A stretch of DNA of 64,000 bases from Candidatus Aminicenantes bacterium (GTDB lineage Bacteria > Acidobacteriota > Aminicenantia > Aminicenantales > JAFGBC01): contig OY969696.1 of assembly GCA_963702005.1 (NCBI GenBank), positions 3,456,001 through 3,520,000 on the forward strand. The letters run 5' to 3'. This document shows, one piece after another, positions 27,611-37,569 of the stretch (within the stretch, counting starts at the first letter, position 1; every line of letters begins with the position of its first letter). The notes under the pieces are model-generated. The model made no database searches. It had not been told where the DNA came from and saw only the letters and a list, made by a program, of their open reading frames with translations. Made by a program: the position numbers and the translations under genes.

Positions 27611-29959
27611 TTATTTATAGAGGCGCTGGAGGCGGAGGCGCAGGGCGATGTAGCGGCGCAGGAAGCGGACGGCCTCGTCGCAGCGCCTGAAGACGGGGAC
27701 ATCGGCCGCCTCGAACATCCCGGCCAGCGGATCGTAAACCTCCCCCGCGTCGATATTGACGACGAAGGGTTTGTCCGTCCTGTGGAAGAGGTCGATCGTC
27801 CTCATGGCGGCGGTCCCGGCCCGCTTGAAGTCCTCCGCGTGCCCCTCCCCGGCCGGAAGCGTCTGCATGGCCGGCGTCATCGGAACGTCGGAGATGACGG
27901 CGCAGTCGACCCCGTCGTCGCCGAGGACGGCCTCGGCGCAGGCGGCGAAGGCGGCGTCGTCGGCGACCGGCGTCACGTCGAGCGGGTTGTGGACGTCCTG
28001 GATCTTGTCGATCCCGAGCGGCACCAGGGCCTCGTTGATCCGCGCCCGGGCGGCCGCCCCGAAGCCGGCCAGCTCGAGCCTTTCGCCGTTGGCGATCGTG
28101 TCCGACATGATGACGCACTCGAACCCGGCGTTCGACAGGAGCCCGGCCCGGTTTCCGCGGACCCTCTTTCCGGCCAGCAACGGCGCGTTCCGGAGCCAGG
28201 TCTCGAACTCCCGGATATCATCCGCGACGAAGACGCCGGCCTCCTCGAGCACCGCCTTGCTGATATTGTAATCGCCGGCGACCGAAGCCGTGTGGCTCGA
28301 CGTTGCGACCCGGCCCTCGGCGGTTCGGCCGGCCTTGTAGAGGACGATCATCCGATCGCCCTTGGCCAGAATGTCCTTGGCCGCCCGGGCCGTGCTCAGG
28401 CCGTCGCCGGGCTGGAAGCCCTCGACATAGACGGCGAACAGCTTGGCCTCGGCGTCGTCCTTGAGGTAATTTAAATAATCCGAGACGCGCAGGTCGAGCT
28501 GGTTCCCGAGCGAAATTCCGTAGCGGGGCCCCAGCTCCATCAAGGCGTTCATCCGGGCGATCATGAAGGCCCCGCTCTGGGAGAGATAGACGAGTCCGGC
28601 CCGGCCCTCTTTGGGCCGCGGCAGCTTGCGGTCCGGGATAAAGGTTGTATCGTACTTTCCGGGGACCGAGCTGATTCCCAGACAGTTCCCGCCGTTGACG
28701 ACCGGGGTCAGCTTTCCCTCCCGGCGGCCCCGCCCCAGGAGGTCCTTGATCCGGGTCTCGATCGTCTGGCTTCCCTCTTTCTCGCCCATCCCGCCGGCGA
28801 TGATGATGACCGAGCGGGCCTTCTCCTTCTCGGCGAGCTCCTTCATGACATCGTAGCACTGGTCCGCGGCCAGGGTCAGGACGAACAGGTCGACGGCCCG
28901 GGGGAGGTCGGCGACCGCCGGAACGCAGCGGCAGCCCTCGATCTCGACCAGCCCGGGCTTGACGACGAAAACGCCCTCTTTGGGAAAGCCGTTCTTGAGG
29001 ATGTTGTCGAGGATGATATGGCCGACGTTCATCTTCTCCGAAACGCCGATGATCCCGATCGACTCCGGCTCGAGGAGGTGCCGGATGTGCCCGATCGGCG
29101 GACCGGAAGTGACCTTCCCCCGCCGCGAGAAGCGGCAGACGCCGTCGAGCGGGATCGGAACGCCGTCCTTGATCACCAGGGGGTTGATCTCGGCCTCCTC
29201 GACGACGAAGGGGGCGTCCCCGAACGGGGAATAATGGGCGGCCAGCCCGGCGAAGCGGGCGACCGTTTCGGCCAGAGTTTCTTCCTTGAGGAGAGGCGGC
29301 CGGCCCCGGAACTCGCGGATGAGCTTGTCGGTGACGGCCCCCCCCGCCAGGACGGCCCCGATGTCCTTCCGCTCGACGAGATGGGGCGAGAACATCGCCA
29401 TGGCCCGGCCCGGTTTGAGCCGCTCGCTGAGGTACTCGACGTCGAGCCCGCCGGCCCCGAAGGTCAGGACCGGCCCGAATTCCCGGGAGTTGCGGACGCC
29501 GAGCAGGAGCTCGGTCCCGAACCCGGCATTGGCGAAAGCGACCATCTCGCAAACAAGGACGCCGCGGATCCCGGCCGCGACATCGGCCTGCTCGGGGATA
29601 TCGGCTTCTCCGTGCCGATGGGATTTCCGGGCCCAGGCCGCGAACTTGGCCGGAACGGACTCGACCATCTTCCGGACCTCGCGGTTGACCTCCTCGGGAT
29701 CATTGAGGACGAACTTGACGCCGCCGGCGTCGGTCTTGTGGACGATATGGGGAGAGACGATCTTGAGGACGAGGGATTCGCTCCTGAAGGAATCGAGGTC
29801 GGCCCGGGAGACCGGACGTCCCTCGACGAGGAGGACGCGCGGCGTTTCCATCCCCGCCTCGCGGAGCAGGGCGTAGACCTCGTGCTCGAACAGGAAGGAA
29901 CGTCCCTCCCGCTCGGCTCCGTTGAACAAAGCGTCCATCTTCGAAAAGTTGACCGCCAT
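27611..29959 (-). CDS. ADP-forming acetate/acyl-CoA ligase family protein (ATP-grasp N-terminal, CoA-binding C-terminal)
   Basis: LKIVSPHIVHKTDAGGV, EAEINPL, GGNCLG, SQSGA, SSHTASVAG (phospho-His), NPLDVT. Confidence 0.88.
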   Translation of the reverse strand: MAVNFSKMDALFNGAEREGRSFLFEHEVYALLREAGMETPRVLLVEGRPVSRADLDSFRSESLVLKIVSPHIVHKTDAGGVKFVLNDPEEVNREVRKMVESVPAKFAAWARKSHRHGEADIPEQADVAAGIRGVLVCEMVAFANAGFGTELLLGVRNSREFGPVLTFGAGGLDVEYLSERLKPGRAMAMFSPHLVERKDIGAVLAGGAVTDKLIREFRGRPPLLKEETLAETVARFAGLAAHYSPFGDAPFVVEEAEINPLVIKDGVPIPLDGVCRFSRRGKVTSGPPIGHIRHLLEPESIGIIGVSEKMNVGHIILDNILKNGFPKEGVFVVKPGLVEIEGCRCVPAVADLPRAVDLFVLTLAADQCYDVMKELAEKEKARSVIIIAGGMGEKEGSQTIETRIKDLLGRGRREGKLTPVVNGGNCLGISSVPGKYDTTFIPDRKLPRPKEGRAGLVYLSQSGAFMIARMNALMELGPRYGISLGNQLDLRVSDYLNYLKDDAEAKLFAVYVEGFQPGDGLSTARAAKDILAKGDRMIVLYKAGRTAEGRVATSSHTASVAGDYNISKAVLEEAGVFVADDIREFETWLRNAPLLAGKRVRGNRAGLLSNAGFECVIMSDTIANGERLELAGFGAAARARINEALVPLGIDKIQDVHNPLDVTPVADDAAFAACAEAVLGDDGVDCAVISDVPMTPAMQTLPAGEGHAEDFKRAGTAAMRTIDLFHRTDKPFVVNIDAGEVYDPLAGMFEAADVPVFRRCDEAVRFLRRYIALRLRLQRLYK

Positions 29960-29984
29960 GACCTCCCCTCCTCCCCCGGCTGCC

Positions 29985-30567
29985 TCAGGCGGCCGCCCGT
30001 CCCGCTTCGCGTCCGAGCGCGAAGGCCTTTAGGTTCAGCGTGACCAGGGCCTCGCCGCGCGGCTCGAACAGCTTCCGGATGACCTCCTCGAGGTTCTCGG
30101 TCTTGAGCATGAGACGATTCGAGGCCGCGCCGAGCATGACCATGTTCTGGGCTTTGGAGGAGCCCGCCTCCTTGGCCAGCTTGTCCGAATCGACGACGAC
30201 CGCGGCCCCGGCCCGCCGGACCTCGGCCAGAAGTTCATCGAGCGGAGGATAGTCGGGGATGTTGACGAAAGGCGTCGCGCTTGTGATCAGGATCCCGCCC
30301 GGAGCGAGGAAATCCAGGTAGCGGAGGCTCTTCGAGCGGCTCGACGCTCAGGATGAGGTCGGCCCTCCCTTTGGGGATGAGATCGCTCCAGATCGGCTCC
30401 CGGGACAAGCGCAGGTGGGATTGGACGGCTCCCCCGCGCTGGGACATGCCGTGGACTTCGGCCTGCTTGATCTGAAGCCCTTCCTTGAGGGCCGCCGAAT
30501 CGATGACGAACGCGATGGACAGGATCCCCTGTCCGCCGACGCCGGCAAGAATGATATCCTGCTTCAT
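29985..30567 (-). CDS. iorB: Indolepyruvate:ferredoxin oxidoreductase beta subunit (single +1 frameshift near 30331)
   Basis: AGVGGQGI, EVHGMSQRGG; continues in another frame as SLRYLDFL...NMVMLGA...NLKAF...stop 29985; span 583 nt = 3n+1. Confidence 0.85.
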
Positions 30568-30588
30568 GGACTCGGCTCCTTTACCCCG

Positions 30589-32178
30589 TCACTTTTTTTT
30601 CCGCGTTTCCTGGATGCAGTCGCGGGCGGCGATGATGACCGAAAGTCCGGGATGGTCGAGTTCTTCCTTGATGATCCGGGCATTCGTTTCCAGGTTTTTG
30701 GGGAGGGGCGTGATGACCCGGATGTGGTCCTTGGGAACGCCCAGCCCCTCGACGATCTTGAGGAGCCCCGCCCCGGTCGCATAGCTCGGCTGCCCTCCCG
30801 TCATGGCCACAATCGCGTTGTCGAGGATGAAGACGGTCATGGGGGTATCGGCCAGGGCGGCGTCGAGTAGGCCGGTCATACCCGAGTGGCCGAAGGTCGA
30901 ATCGCCGATGACGGCCACGGCGGGACGGATCCCGGCCTCGGCCCCGCCCTTGGCCATGCCGACCGAAGCTCCCATGCAGACGCAGGTCTGAATCGCGTTG
31001 TAGGGCGGGTAGGCGCCGAGCGTGTAGCAGCCGATGTCGCTGAAAACGTTGGCTTTGGGATAGGATTCGAGGACCTTTTTGAGGGCATTGAGCGTATCGG
31101 CGTGGGGACAGCCCTGGCAGAGCTGGGGCGGCCGGCTCGAAAGCTTAAGGCCGGCCGGCGCCCTGGCCGGGAGCGGAGCGAGCCCCAGGGCCCTGCGGAC
31201 GGATTCGGGAGTCAGCTCGCCCGTCAAGGGAAGATGGCCGCTGAGCTTGCCGACGACCGTCTTGCCCGGGACCCCGAACAGCCCTTTGAGCGAGCGCTCG
31301 ATGAGCGGGTAGCCGTCCTCGAGAACAAGGACGGTCTCGACGTGTTCGACGAGCTTCCGGATCAGGGCTTCGGGAAGAGGGTAAACCGAAAGCTTGAGCC
31401 AGGACGGCCGGAGCGGCGCGCCGGCCAGATTCTCCTGGAGATAATTATTGGCGATTCCGGCCGCGATGACGCCCAAGGATCGATCCCCGCGATTGAGCTC
31501 GAGCCGATTCCAGGGCGAGTTTTCCGCGTATTGGATGAGGCCGGGCTGGAGGTCCATGAGGAGGTTGAAACGGCGACGGGCGTTGACCGGGAGCAGCGTC
31601 CAGTCGGTCCAGACCCCGTAGCGGATCTCGTTCGGACTGCGGGGCGCCCGCGGCTGAACCGGGCCCCGGCTGTGGGCGAGGCGGGTCACGATCCGGATCA
31701 TGACCGGAAGCCCGACCTTCTCCGAAAGGTCGAAAGCCTCGCGGGCCATATCGTAGGCCTCCTGATGGTCGGAGGGTTCGAGGCAGGGGATCTGGGCGAA
31801 TTGAGCGTAGAAGCGGCTGTCCTGTTCGTTTTGGGAACTGTGCATGCCGGGATCGTCGGCCGAGACGACGACGAGCCCTCCGTTGGCGCCGGTCATGGCC
31901 GAATTGACGAACGGGTCGGCGGCCACGTTAAGCCCGACGTGCTTGAAGGAAACCAAGGCCCGTTTTCCGGCGAAACTCGCGCCCAGCGCCTCTTCGTAAG
32001 CGACCTTTTCATTGACGCACCAGGCCGCCCGGAAGCTTTGATCCCGCTCGGCGAGCTTGAGAAGATACTCCATGATCTCCGTGGCCGGGGTTCCCGGGTA
32101 GGAATAGCCGACGCTCAAGCCCGCCTGGACGGCCCCCAGCGCGATCGCCTCATCGGCCAGAAGGATTTCTCGATCCAT
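30589..32178 (-). CDS. iorA: Indolepyruvate:ferredoxin oxidoreductase alpha subunit
   Basis: YPGTPATEI, NEKVAYE, KHVGLNVAADP, SSQNEQD, LCQGCPH, DIGCY, GDSTFGHSG (TPP binding). Confidence 0.93.
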   Translation of the reverse strand: MDREILLADEAIALGAVQAGLSVGYSYPGTPATEIMEYLLKLAERDQSFRAAWCVNEKVAYEEALGASFAGKRALVSFKHVGLNVAADPFVNSAMTGANGGLVVVSADDPGMHSSQNEQDSRFYAQFAQIPCLEPSDHQEAYDMAREAFDLSEKVGLPVMIRIVTRLAHSRGPVQPRAPRSPNEIRYGVWTDWTLLPVNARRRFNLLMDLQPGLIQYAENSPWNRLELNRGDRSLGVIAAGIANNYLQENLAGAPLRPSWLKLSVYPLPEALIRKLVEHVETVLVLEDGYPLIERSLKGLFGVPGKTVVGKLSGHLPLTGELTPESVRRALGLAPLPARAPAGLKLSSRPPQLCQGCPHADTLNALKKVLESYPKANVFSDIGCYTLGAYPPYNAIQTCVCMGASVGMAKGGAEAGIRPAVAVIGDSTFGHSGMTGLLDAALADTPMTVFILDNAIVAMTGGQPSYATGAGLLKIVEGLGVPKDHIRVITPLPKNLETNARIIKEELDHPGLSVIIAARDCIQETRKKK

Positions 32179-32300
32179 GGCTTAATCCTTTAGGGGGGAA
32201 TTGAGACGGCGTTGTCCCGGACGAGAGACGGGCGAAATCAGGGTCCTGATCGCGGAACATGAGATGTCGAGGAACAAGGATACACGGCCGCCGTCCGGGC

Positions 32301-32549
32301 TGTCAACCCCTTGACCCCTCAATGCCTGGGCATTTAGGCGGGGAGCAGTCCAGGGGTAGTCCTGAGCCTTGCGAAGGGCAACCCCTTCCACACTCATACT
32401 AAGCCGTTTTCAGCTTAGTATGAGTGCTGCAAGGCTGCTCTCCGGCCATCAGGCGGCACTCATGGGCCGTTAGCACGCCTCCATGAGTACAGGCGAAGCG
32501 CCGGGGTTTGTATAGGGGTGACCCAGAGCCTCGGCGAACGGGTCAAACC
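32301..32549. repeat. Intergenic palindromic repeat family A, copy 2 (longest, nested hairpins)
   Basis: CACTCATACTAAGC/GCTTAGTATGAGTG hairpin (32391-32426) + ctgcaaggctgctc; second actcatgg...ccatgagt hairpin; ends tcggcgaacgggtcaaacc. Confidence 0.75.
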
Positions 32550-32689
32550 AAAGGGCGGCCTCCAATCGGCTTATCCACTCGATCCAATCGAATTTATAAA
32601 ACCTATAAATTTAAGTTGAAAAGCGCCCCGGAGGCGGATAAGATAAGAAATAGCACGGATGGCTTGGAGGTCCGGGGAAGGAGTGCGCC

Positions 32690-33130
32690 ATGATCAGGAT
32701 GTCGACGAAGGGCCGTTACGGAACCCGGCTCATGCTCCAGTTGGCCCATCATTACGGAGACAAAGAACCGGCCGTCATTTTACGCAGGGTCGCCGAGAAC
32801 GAGGATATCTCAATCCGCTATCTGGAACAGATCATCATCCCCCTTAAAGTCAGCAAGCTGGTCAAGAGCATTCGGGGCGCCGGCGGCGGCTACACCTTGG
32901 CCCGTCATCCCGCCCAGATCAGGATCAGCGAGATCCTCCACGCCCTGGAGGGCAGTTGCTGTCTGGTCGAGTGCATCGAAGACCCCGATTTTTGCCCCCG
33001 GATCCCCTATTGCGCGACCTTCGAGATCTGGAACAAGGCCTCCCAACTGCTCAAAGGCTACTTCGACAACCTGACCCTTCAGGACGTCGTCGAAATCGAC
33101 CGCAAGAAGAGAAAGGCCAAGTCGAAATAA
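32690..33130 (+). CDS. Rrf2-family transcriptional regulator (three Cys)
   Basis: STKGRYG, RYLEQI, VKSIRGAGGGY, C-x6-C-x5-C. Confidence 0.92.
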   Translation: MIRMSTKGRYGTRLMLQLAHHYGDKEPAVILRRVAENEDISIRYLEQIIIPLKVSKLVKSIRGAGGGYTLARHPAQIRISEILHALEGSCCLVECIEDPDFCPRIPYCATFEIWNKASQLLKGYFDNLTLQDVVEIDRKKRKAKSK

Positions 33131-33146
33131 AAATCCGGTTCGGCCC

Positions 33147-34433
33147 TTGAGAAGCCTGTTCCGTCTCCTGAGTTCGGTCCGATTCGCCATCCTCCTCTTC
33201 ATCCTGGTCACGGCCTCGTCGATCCTGGGCACTTTTTTCCCCGGACTGAACTTGTACCGGACACCTTGGTACTTGTCGCTCCTCCTTGTGTTCGCCCTCA
33301 ACATCCTGGTCTGTACCCTAACCCGGCTACGCCCGCGCTTGAGGCGAGCCCTTAAGCCGGCCTGGGATTGGACGGCGGCCGGCTTAGCCGGCGAGCCCGA
33401 GAGCCGGACGTTCAGGTCGGAAGCCGGGCTCGAGGGCCAGGTCCGGTATCTTTGCGACGCGCTCGCGGCGCGCCGCTACCGAACCCGCGAATCCGGCAGG
33501 GACGGCGCCGTCCTCCTCCTCGCCCGGAAAAGGACGCTCGGCGGATTCGGAGCGGATATAGTCCACATCGGCCTCCTCGTCATCCTGGCCGGGGGCATCC
33601 TGAGCGGCCTTTTTAGCCGCAGGGCGGACCTCTTCCTGTCCCGGGGGCAGACCGTTGATGTTCCGTTCGCCGGCTTCCAGGTCCGGCTCGAGGACTTCCA
33701 GACCGAATACTACCCGAACGGAGAGGTCAAAGACTGGAAGAGCCGGCTGACCGTCCTCGAGGAGAGAAGCCCGATCCTGACTCAAACGATCGAGGTCAAC
33801 CATCCCCTCAAATACCGGGGAGTCAATCTCTTCCAGTCGAGCTACGGCTGGAACTGGGACGAGGCGTCCGCTGTCCTCCGCGTCCGGAAGAACGGCGATC
33901 CGGCCTTCGAGCGGGAGATCAAGGTCCGCGTCGGGGGGGAAACGGATCTCCCGGGCACGGACCTGCGGATCGCCGTGGTCCGCTTCGTCCCCGATTTCGT
34001 CATCGGCTCTCAAAACGAAATCCAGACCCGGTCTTACGAGCCGAACAACCCGGCCGTTTTAATCGAAGGCCGGCGCTCGGGACGAACGGTCCTTTCGGGA
34101 TGGCTGTTTAATAAATACCCCGAATTCAGCCGCGTCCGGGACGCGGAGGCGGCCGGACTCGCCTTCGAGCTCAGGGACATCAAGGCCGACCAGTTCTCAG
34201 TCCTCCAGGCGGCCTCCGACCCCGGCCTGGTCCCGATCTGGCTCGGCTGCGTTGCCGTCATGGCCGGATTGTTCCTGGCCTTTTATTGGACGCCGCGGGA
34301 GATCCGCGCCGTCCTCGAGGTCAATAAGGGCAAGGTCGAGACCGTTTTAGCCGGACATGCGGCCAAGGCCGCGGAGGCCTTCCAGGCCGAGATCGAGGCC
34401 GTGGTATCGGCCGCGAGGAGGGAGCGATCATGA
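33147..34433 (+). CDS. resB: Cytochrome c biogenesis protein ResB/Ccs1
   Basis: LSSVRFAI, NILVCT, VHIGLLVILAGG, IEVNHPL.Y.G...FQSSY, DPG..IW.G motifs. Confidence 0.88.
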   Translation: MRSLFRLLSSVRFAILLFILVTASSILGTFFPGLNLYRTPWYLSLLLVFALNILVCTLTRLRPRLRRALKPAWDWTAAGLAGEPESRTFRSEAGLEGQVRYLCDALAARRYRTRESGRDGAVLLLARKRTLGGFGADIVHIGLLVILAGGILSGLFSRRADLFLSRGQTVDVPFAGFQVRLEDFQTEYYPNGEVKDWKSRLTVLEERSPILTQTIEVNHPLKYRGVNLFQSSYGWNWDEASAVLRVRKNGDPAFEREIKVRVGGETDLPGTDLRIAVVRFVPDFVIGSQNEIQTRSYEPNNPAVLIEGRRSGRTVLSGWLFNKYPEFSRVRDAEAAGLAFELRDIKADQFSVLQAASDPGLVPIWLGCVAVMAGLFLAFYWTPREIRAVLEVNKGKVETVLAGHAAKAAEAFQAEIEAVVSAARRERS

Positions 34434-35248
34434 CCGAATCCAAGCTTTTTCTGGCGGCTTTCATCCTCTACATCCTGGCGGCCGTCCTCTACCTTTTTTT
34501 TCTGTTGATGAAAAAGGAGGGGGCGGCCCGGAAAGGCTTTGTCCTGGCGGCGGCCGGCGCCGGCCTCCATACTCTGGCCCTCATCCTGCGCATCTTCGTG
34601 AGCGGCCACGCTCCCTTCACGAACATGTACGAATCGCTGTCTTTCCTGGCCTGGGCCTCGATCACGGCCTACCTCATCCTGGAGCGGACCTTCTCGATCA
34701 GGAAGGCCGGGCCGTTTTTCCTGCTCTTGGTCACGGCCTTGATGGCCTTCGCGTCCTCGCCCCTGATGCCCAAGGAAGCGGCCCCCCTCGTCCCCGCCCT
34801 TCAGAGCTACTGGCTCTGGCTCCACGTTTCGGTCACGCTCATCGGCGAGGCGTTTTTCGCCGTCGGGACTCTGACCAGCCTCCTCTATCTCGCGGCCGAG
34901 CGGAGGGAGAGGAAGGGGCTGGCCGGAAAGAAGGACAAGGATGCGGCCCACTACGACGCCGTCTCCTACCGTATCATCGCCATCGGCTTTCCCCTCTTCA
35001 CCCTGGGCGGGCTGGTCTTCGGGATGATCTGGGCCTACAAGGCTTGGGGGTCCTACTGGAGTTGGGATCCCAAGGAGGTCTGGTCCCTGGTCACCTGGCT
35101 TATCTACGGGCTGTACCTTCACACTCGGATCGTCATGGGCTGGAAGGGGCGGCGTTCGGCCGTCATCGCCATCATCGCCTTTCTGGCAGCTCTGTTCACC
35201 TTTTTCGGCGTCAATTACCTCTTGTCCGGCCTCCACAGCTACGCCTAA
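34430..35248 (+). CDS. ccsA: Cytochrome c biogenesis protein CcsA/ResC (system II)
   Basis: GHAPFTNMYES, LVPALQSYWLWLHV, GMIWAYKAWGSYWSWDPKE (WWD domain), GLHSY. Confidence 0.95.
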   Translation: MTESKLFLAAFILYILAAVLYLFFLLMKKEGAARKGFVLAAAGAGLHTLALILRIFVSGHAPFTNMYESLSFLAWASITAYLILERTFSIRKAGPFFLLLVTALMAFASSPLMPKEAAPLVPALQSYWLWLHVSVTLIGEAFFAVGTLTSLLYLAAERRERKGLAGKKDKDAAHYDAVSYRIIAIGFPLFTLGGLVFGMIWAYKAWGSYWSWDPKEVWSLVTWLIYGLYLHTRIVMGWKGRRSAVIAIIAFLAALFTFFGVNYLLSGLHSYA

Positions 35249-35252
35249 AACC

Positions 35253-35294
35253 GGGGTCAAACCTACACTTTTACACTTTGCGTACTTTCCAGGG
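35253..35294 (+). repeat. Intergenic repeat family B, copy 2
   Basis: GGGGTCAAACCTACACTTTT...TTTCCAGGG, 4 nt after the ccsA stop. Confidence 0.78.
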
Positions 35295-35385
35295 GGAAAA
35301 AATTCCCCCTTTCTCGTCTCTTGACCGGAGCGGAGAAAGGAGAACGTTCTCGAACGCTGGGGACTCGGCTCTTTAGGCCGGCCTG

Positions 35386-35916
35386 TTATTCATAATAAAT
35401 GACGGCACCGTGGAACTTGAGCAGGTCGGTGCCCAGCCCGAATTTGACGTTCAGGGTGTATGAGAAGCCGAGGTTGTCGACCTTGCCGTTGACGATTTTG
35501 GTCGCGTCGACGGATTTCCGGACCGTGGAAGCGGGCAGGGCGGCCGTAGTAGCCGTCGCAATCGAGCCCAGGGAGCCTGTCGCCAGTTTCTGGCGATTGA
35601 CGCTGAAGTCGATCTTGCCGTTGGAAGCGGGATCGTTATCCGTGAAATAGAAGGTCACCTTCTTGACGACCGCGCCCTGGGGGAGATAGATCGGGGCATT
35701 CGCTTCGAGCGGATAGGTCACGCTCGTGTCGAAGTTGAAAACCGTTTGGGACGAGGTCCACATACGGTTGTCCGCATCCCAATTGGCTGATTTGAGCGCG
35801 TTGGCCGGGATCGCGTAGTACTTAGTTGTCGCTTGGGCCGCGAGATTCAGCGAGCCGCCGACGATGACCAGGGCCAGCAGGGCTATAAGGCCGCCGATCC
35901 GAAGATAATTTCTCAT
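35386..35916 (-). CDS. Secreted hypothetical beta-rich protein
   Basis: Signal peptide, RBS AGGAGG, API.LPQGA.V motif, high-GC3 codon usage. Confidence 0.75.
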   Translation of the reverse strand: MRNYLRIGGLIALLALVIVGGSLNLAAQATTKYYAIPANALKSANWDADNRMWTSSQTVFNFDTSVTYPLEANAPIYLPQGAVVKKVTFYFTDNDPASNGKIDFSVNRQKLATGSLGSIATATTAALPASTVRKSVDATKIVNGKVDNLGFSYTLNVKFGLGTDLLKFHGAVIYYE

Positions 35917-35994
35917 GAAAAACCTCCTTTTTTACCCATTTCCGGATTCAGATCGAATTTAATTCCTACTAAATATATATAATCTATAGGTACA

Positions 35995-36131
35995 TGTCAA
36001 TCCCTCGACACCCATACTAAGCCGTTTTCGGCTTAGTATGAGTACTGCAAGGCTGCTCCCCGGCCGAAGCTCCACGGACTAATGCTCATTGGAGCACCAG
36101 TACTCATGAACCGTTTCCGGTTCATGAGTGC
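35995..36131. repeat. Intergenic palindromic repeat family A, copy 3
   Basis: tgtcaatccctcgacac-CCATACTAAGCCG..CGGCTTAGTATG-agtactgcaaggctgctcccc; second hairpin ACTCATGAACC/GGTTCATGAGT. Confidence 0.78.
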
Positions 36132-36150
36132 AAGAATGCCGGCACTAAGG

Positions 36151-37554
36151 CTATTCGTTTCCGATCCCCAGCGCCTTCATTTTATTAAAGAGCGTCTTCC
36201 GGCTGATCCTAAGCGCTTTCGCGGCCAGGGTCCGGTTCCCGCCGGCCTCGCGGAGCGCCTTTTCGATCAGGACTTTTTCCGCCCGCTCCGCGGCCGCCTG
36301 CGCGGCGCCCCGCAGCGATTCGCCGGAAGAGCGGCCCTCCGCTCGCGGACCCGGACGCTTCTCTGCCTCGGCCGCGGCGAACCCGCCCCGGATCCTCGCC
36401 GGCAGCCTCCTCTCATCCAAGATAAGATCGTCGCTGAGGACCATCGATTCGTAGATCACGTTCTCCAACTCGCGGACATTGCCCGGCCAGGCATAGCCCA
36501 GGAGGGCTTCCAGCGCGTCCGGCGCAACGCCGCGGATCTCCTTCTTCAGCTCGGTCGCGTACTTGTTGAAAAAATGCTCGCAGAGAAGGGGGATGTCCTC
36601 CCGGCGGTCGCGCAGCGGCGGGAGATGGAGGGAGAGGACCGCCAGCCTGAAATAGAGGTCCTCCCGGAAGGCGCCTTTCCGGACCTCTTCGTCCAGGACC
36701 TTGTTGGTGGCGGCGATCACCCGGACGTCGATCGGGATGGTCTTCGTCCCGCCGACCTTGACGATCTCCCGTTCGCCCAGGACGCGCAGGAGCTTGACCT
36801 GGGCGTCCTGAGACAGGTCGCCGATTTCGTCGAGGAAGACCGTCCCTCTCTGGGCGAGCTCAAACTTGCCCGTCGTTTCCGTCCTGGCATCCGTAAACGC
36901 GCCCTTGCTGTGGCCGAAGAATTCGGACTCGATCAGGTCGCGCGGGATAGCGCCGCAATTGACCACGACGAAGGGGCCGTCTTTCCGCGGCCCGGCGAAG
37001 TGGATGGCGCGCGCGGCAAGCTCTTTACCCGTGCCGCTCTCCCCCGTGATCAGGACGGTCCCGTCGACGCGGGCGATCCGGTCCATCATCTGGAAGATCG
37101 AGTTCATCCTGGCGCTGGTGCCGACGATGCTGGAGAAGCGGTAGCGGGAAAGGAGCTCGCTTTTGAGGACGGCGACCTCGGCCTCCAACTTCCGGACCTC
37201 GAGTGCCCGGGAGATGAGGAGGAGCAGCTCCTCGTTGTTGACGGGCTTTTCCAGGTAGGCGTAGGCGCCCAGCTTGGTCGCCTCGACGGCATTTTTGATC
37301 GTCCCGAAGGCGGTGATGATGATGATCCGGCAGGCCGGAGAGACCCGCTGCACGCCGGCCAGGACGTCCAATCCCGACATGTCGGGCAGGTTCATGTCCA
37401 GCAGCAAGAGGTCGGGGGCGAAGGTCCCGACCTTTCTAAGCCCCTCGGCTCCGTCCGCCGCGCTCTCGGTAAGATAGCCCTTCTCCTCGAGCAGAAGGCT
37501 GAAGATGTCGCGGATGTTCTTTTCGTCGTCGATGATCAGGATCTTGAATCGCAT
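36151..37554 (-). CDS. Sigma54-dependent NtrC/AtoC-family response regulator
   Basis: Receiver domain (IDDE, LLD), GESGTGKE, GAFTDA, FLDEIG, FREDLYFRL, WPGNVREL, Fis HTH. Confidence 0.95.
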   Translation of the reverse strand: MRFKILIIDDEKNIRDIFSLLLEEKGYLTESAADGAEGLRKVGTFAPDLLLLDMNLPDMSGLDVLAGVQRVSPACRIIIITAFGTIKNAVEATKLGAYAYLEKPVNNEELLLLISRALEVRKLEAEVAVLKSELLSRYRFSSIVGTSARMNSIFQMMDRIARVDGTVLITGESGTGKELAARAIHFAGPRKDGPFVVVNCGAIPRDLIESEFFGHSKGAFTDARTETTGKFELAQRGTVFLDEIGDLSQDAQVKLLRVLGEREIVKVGGTKTIPIDVRVIAATNKVLDEEVRKGAFREDLYFRLAVLSLHLPPLRDRREDIPLLCEHFFNKYATELKKEIRGVAPDALEALLGYAWPGNVRELENVIYESMVLSDDLILDERRLPARIRGGFAAAEAEKRPGPRAEGRSSGESLRGAAQAAAERAEKVLIEKALREAGGNRTLAAKALRISRKTLFNKMKALGIGNE

Positions 37555-37569
37555 GGCTCACCTCCGGCT

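Noticed and set aside
32300-32690. tRNA, SRP or riboswitch in the long intergenic region
   Set aside because: No cloverleaf, T-loop or recognisable aptamer consensus; the structure is explained by repeat family A.
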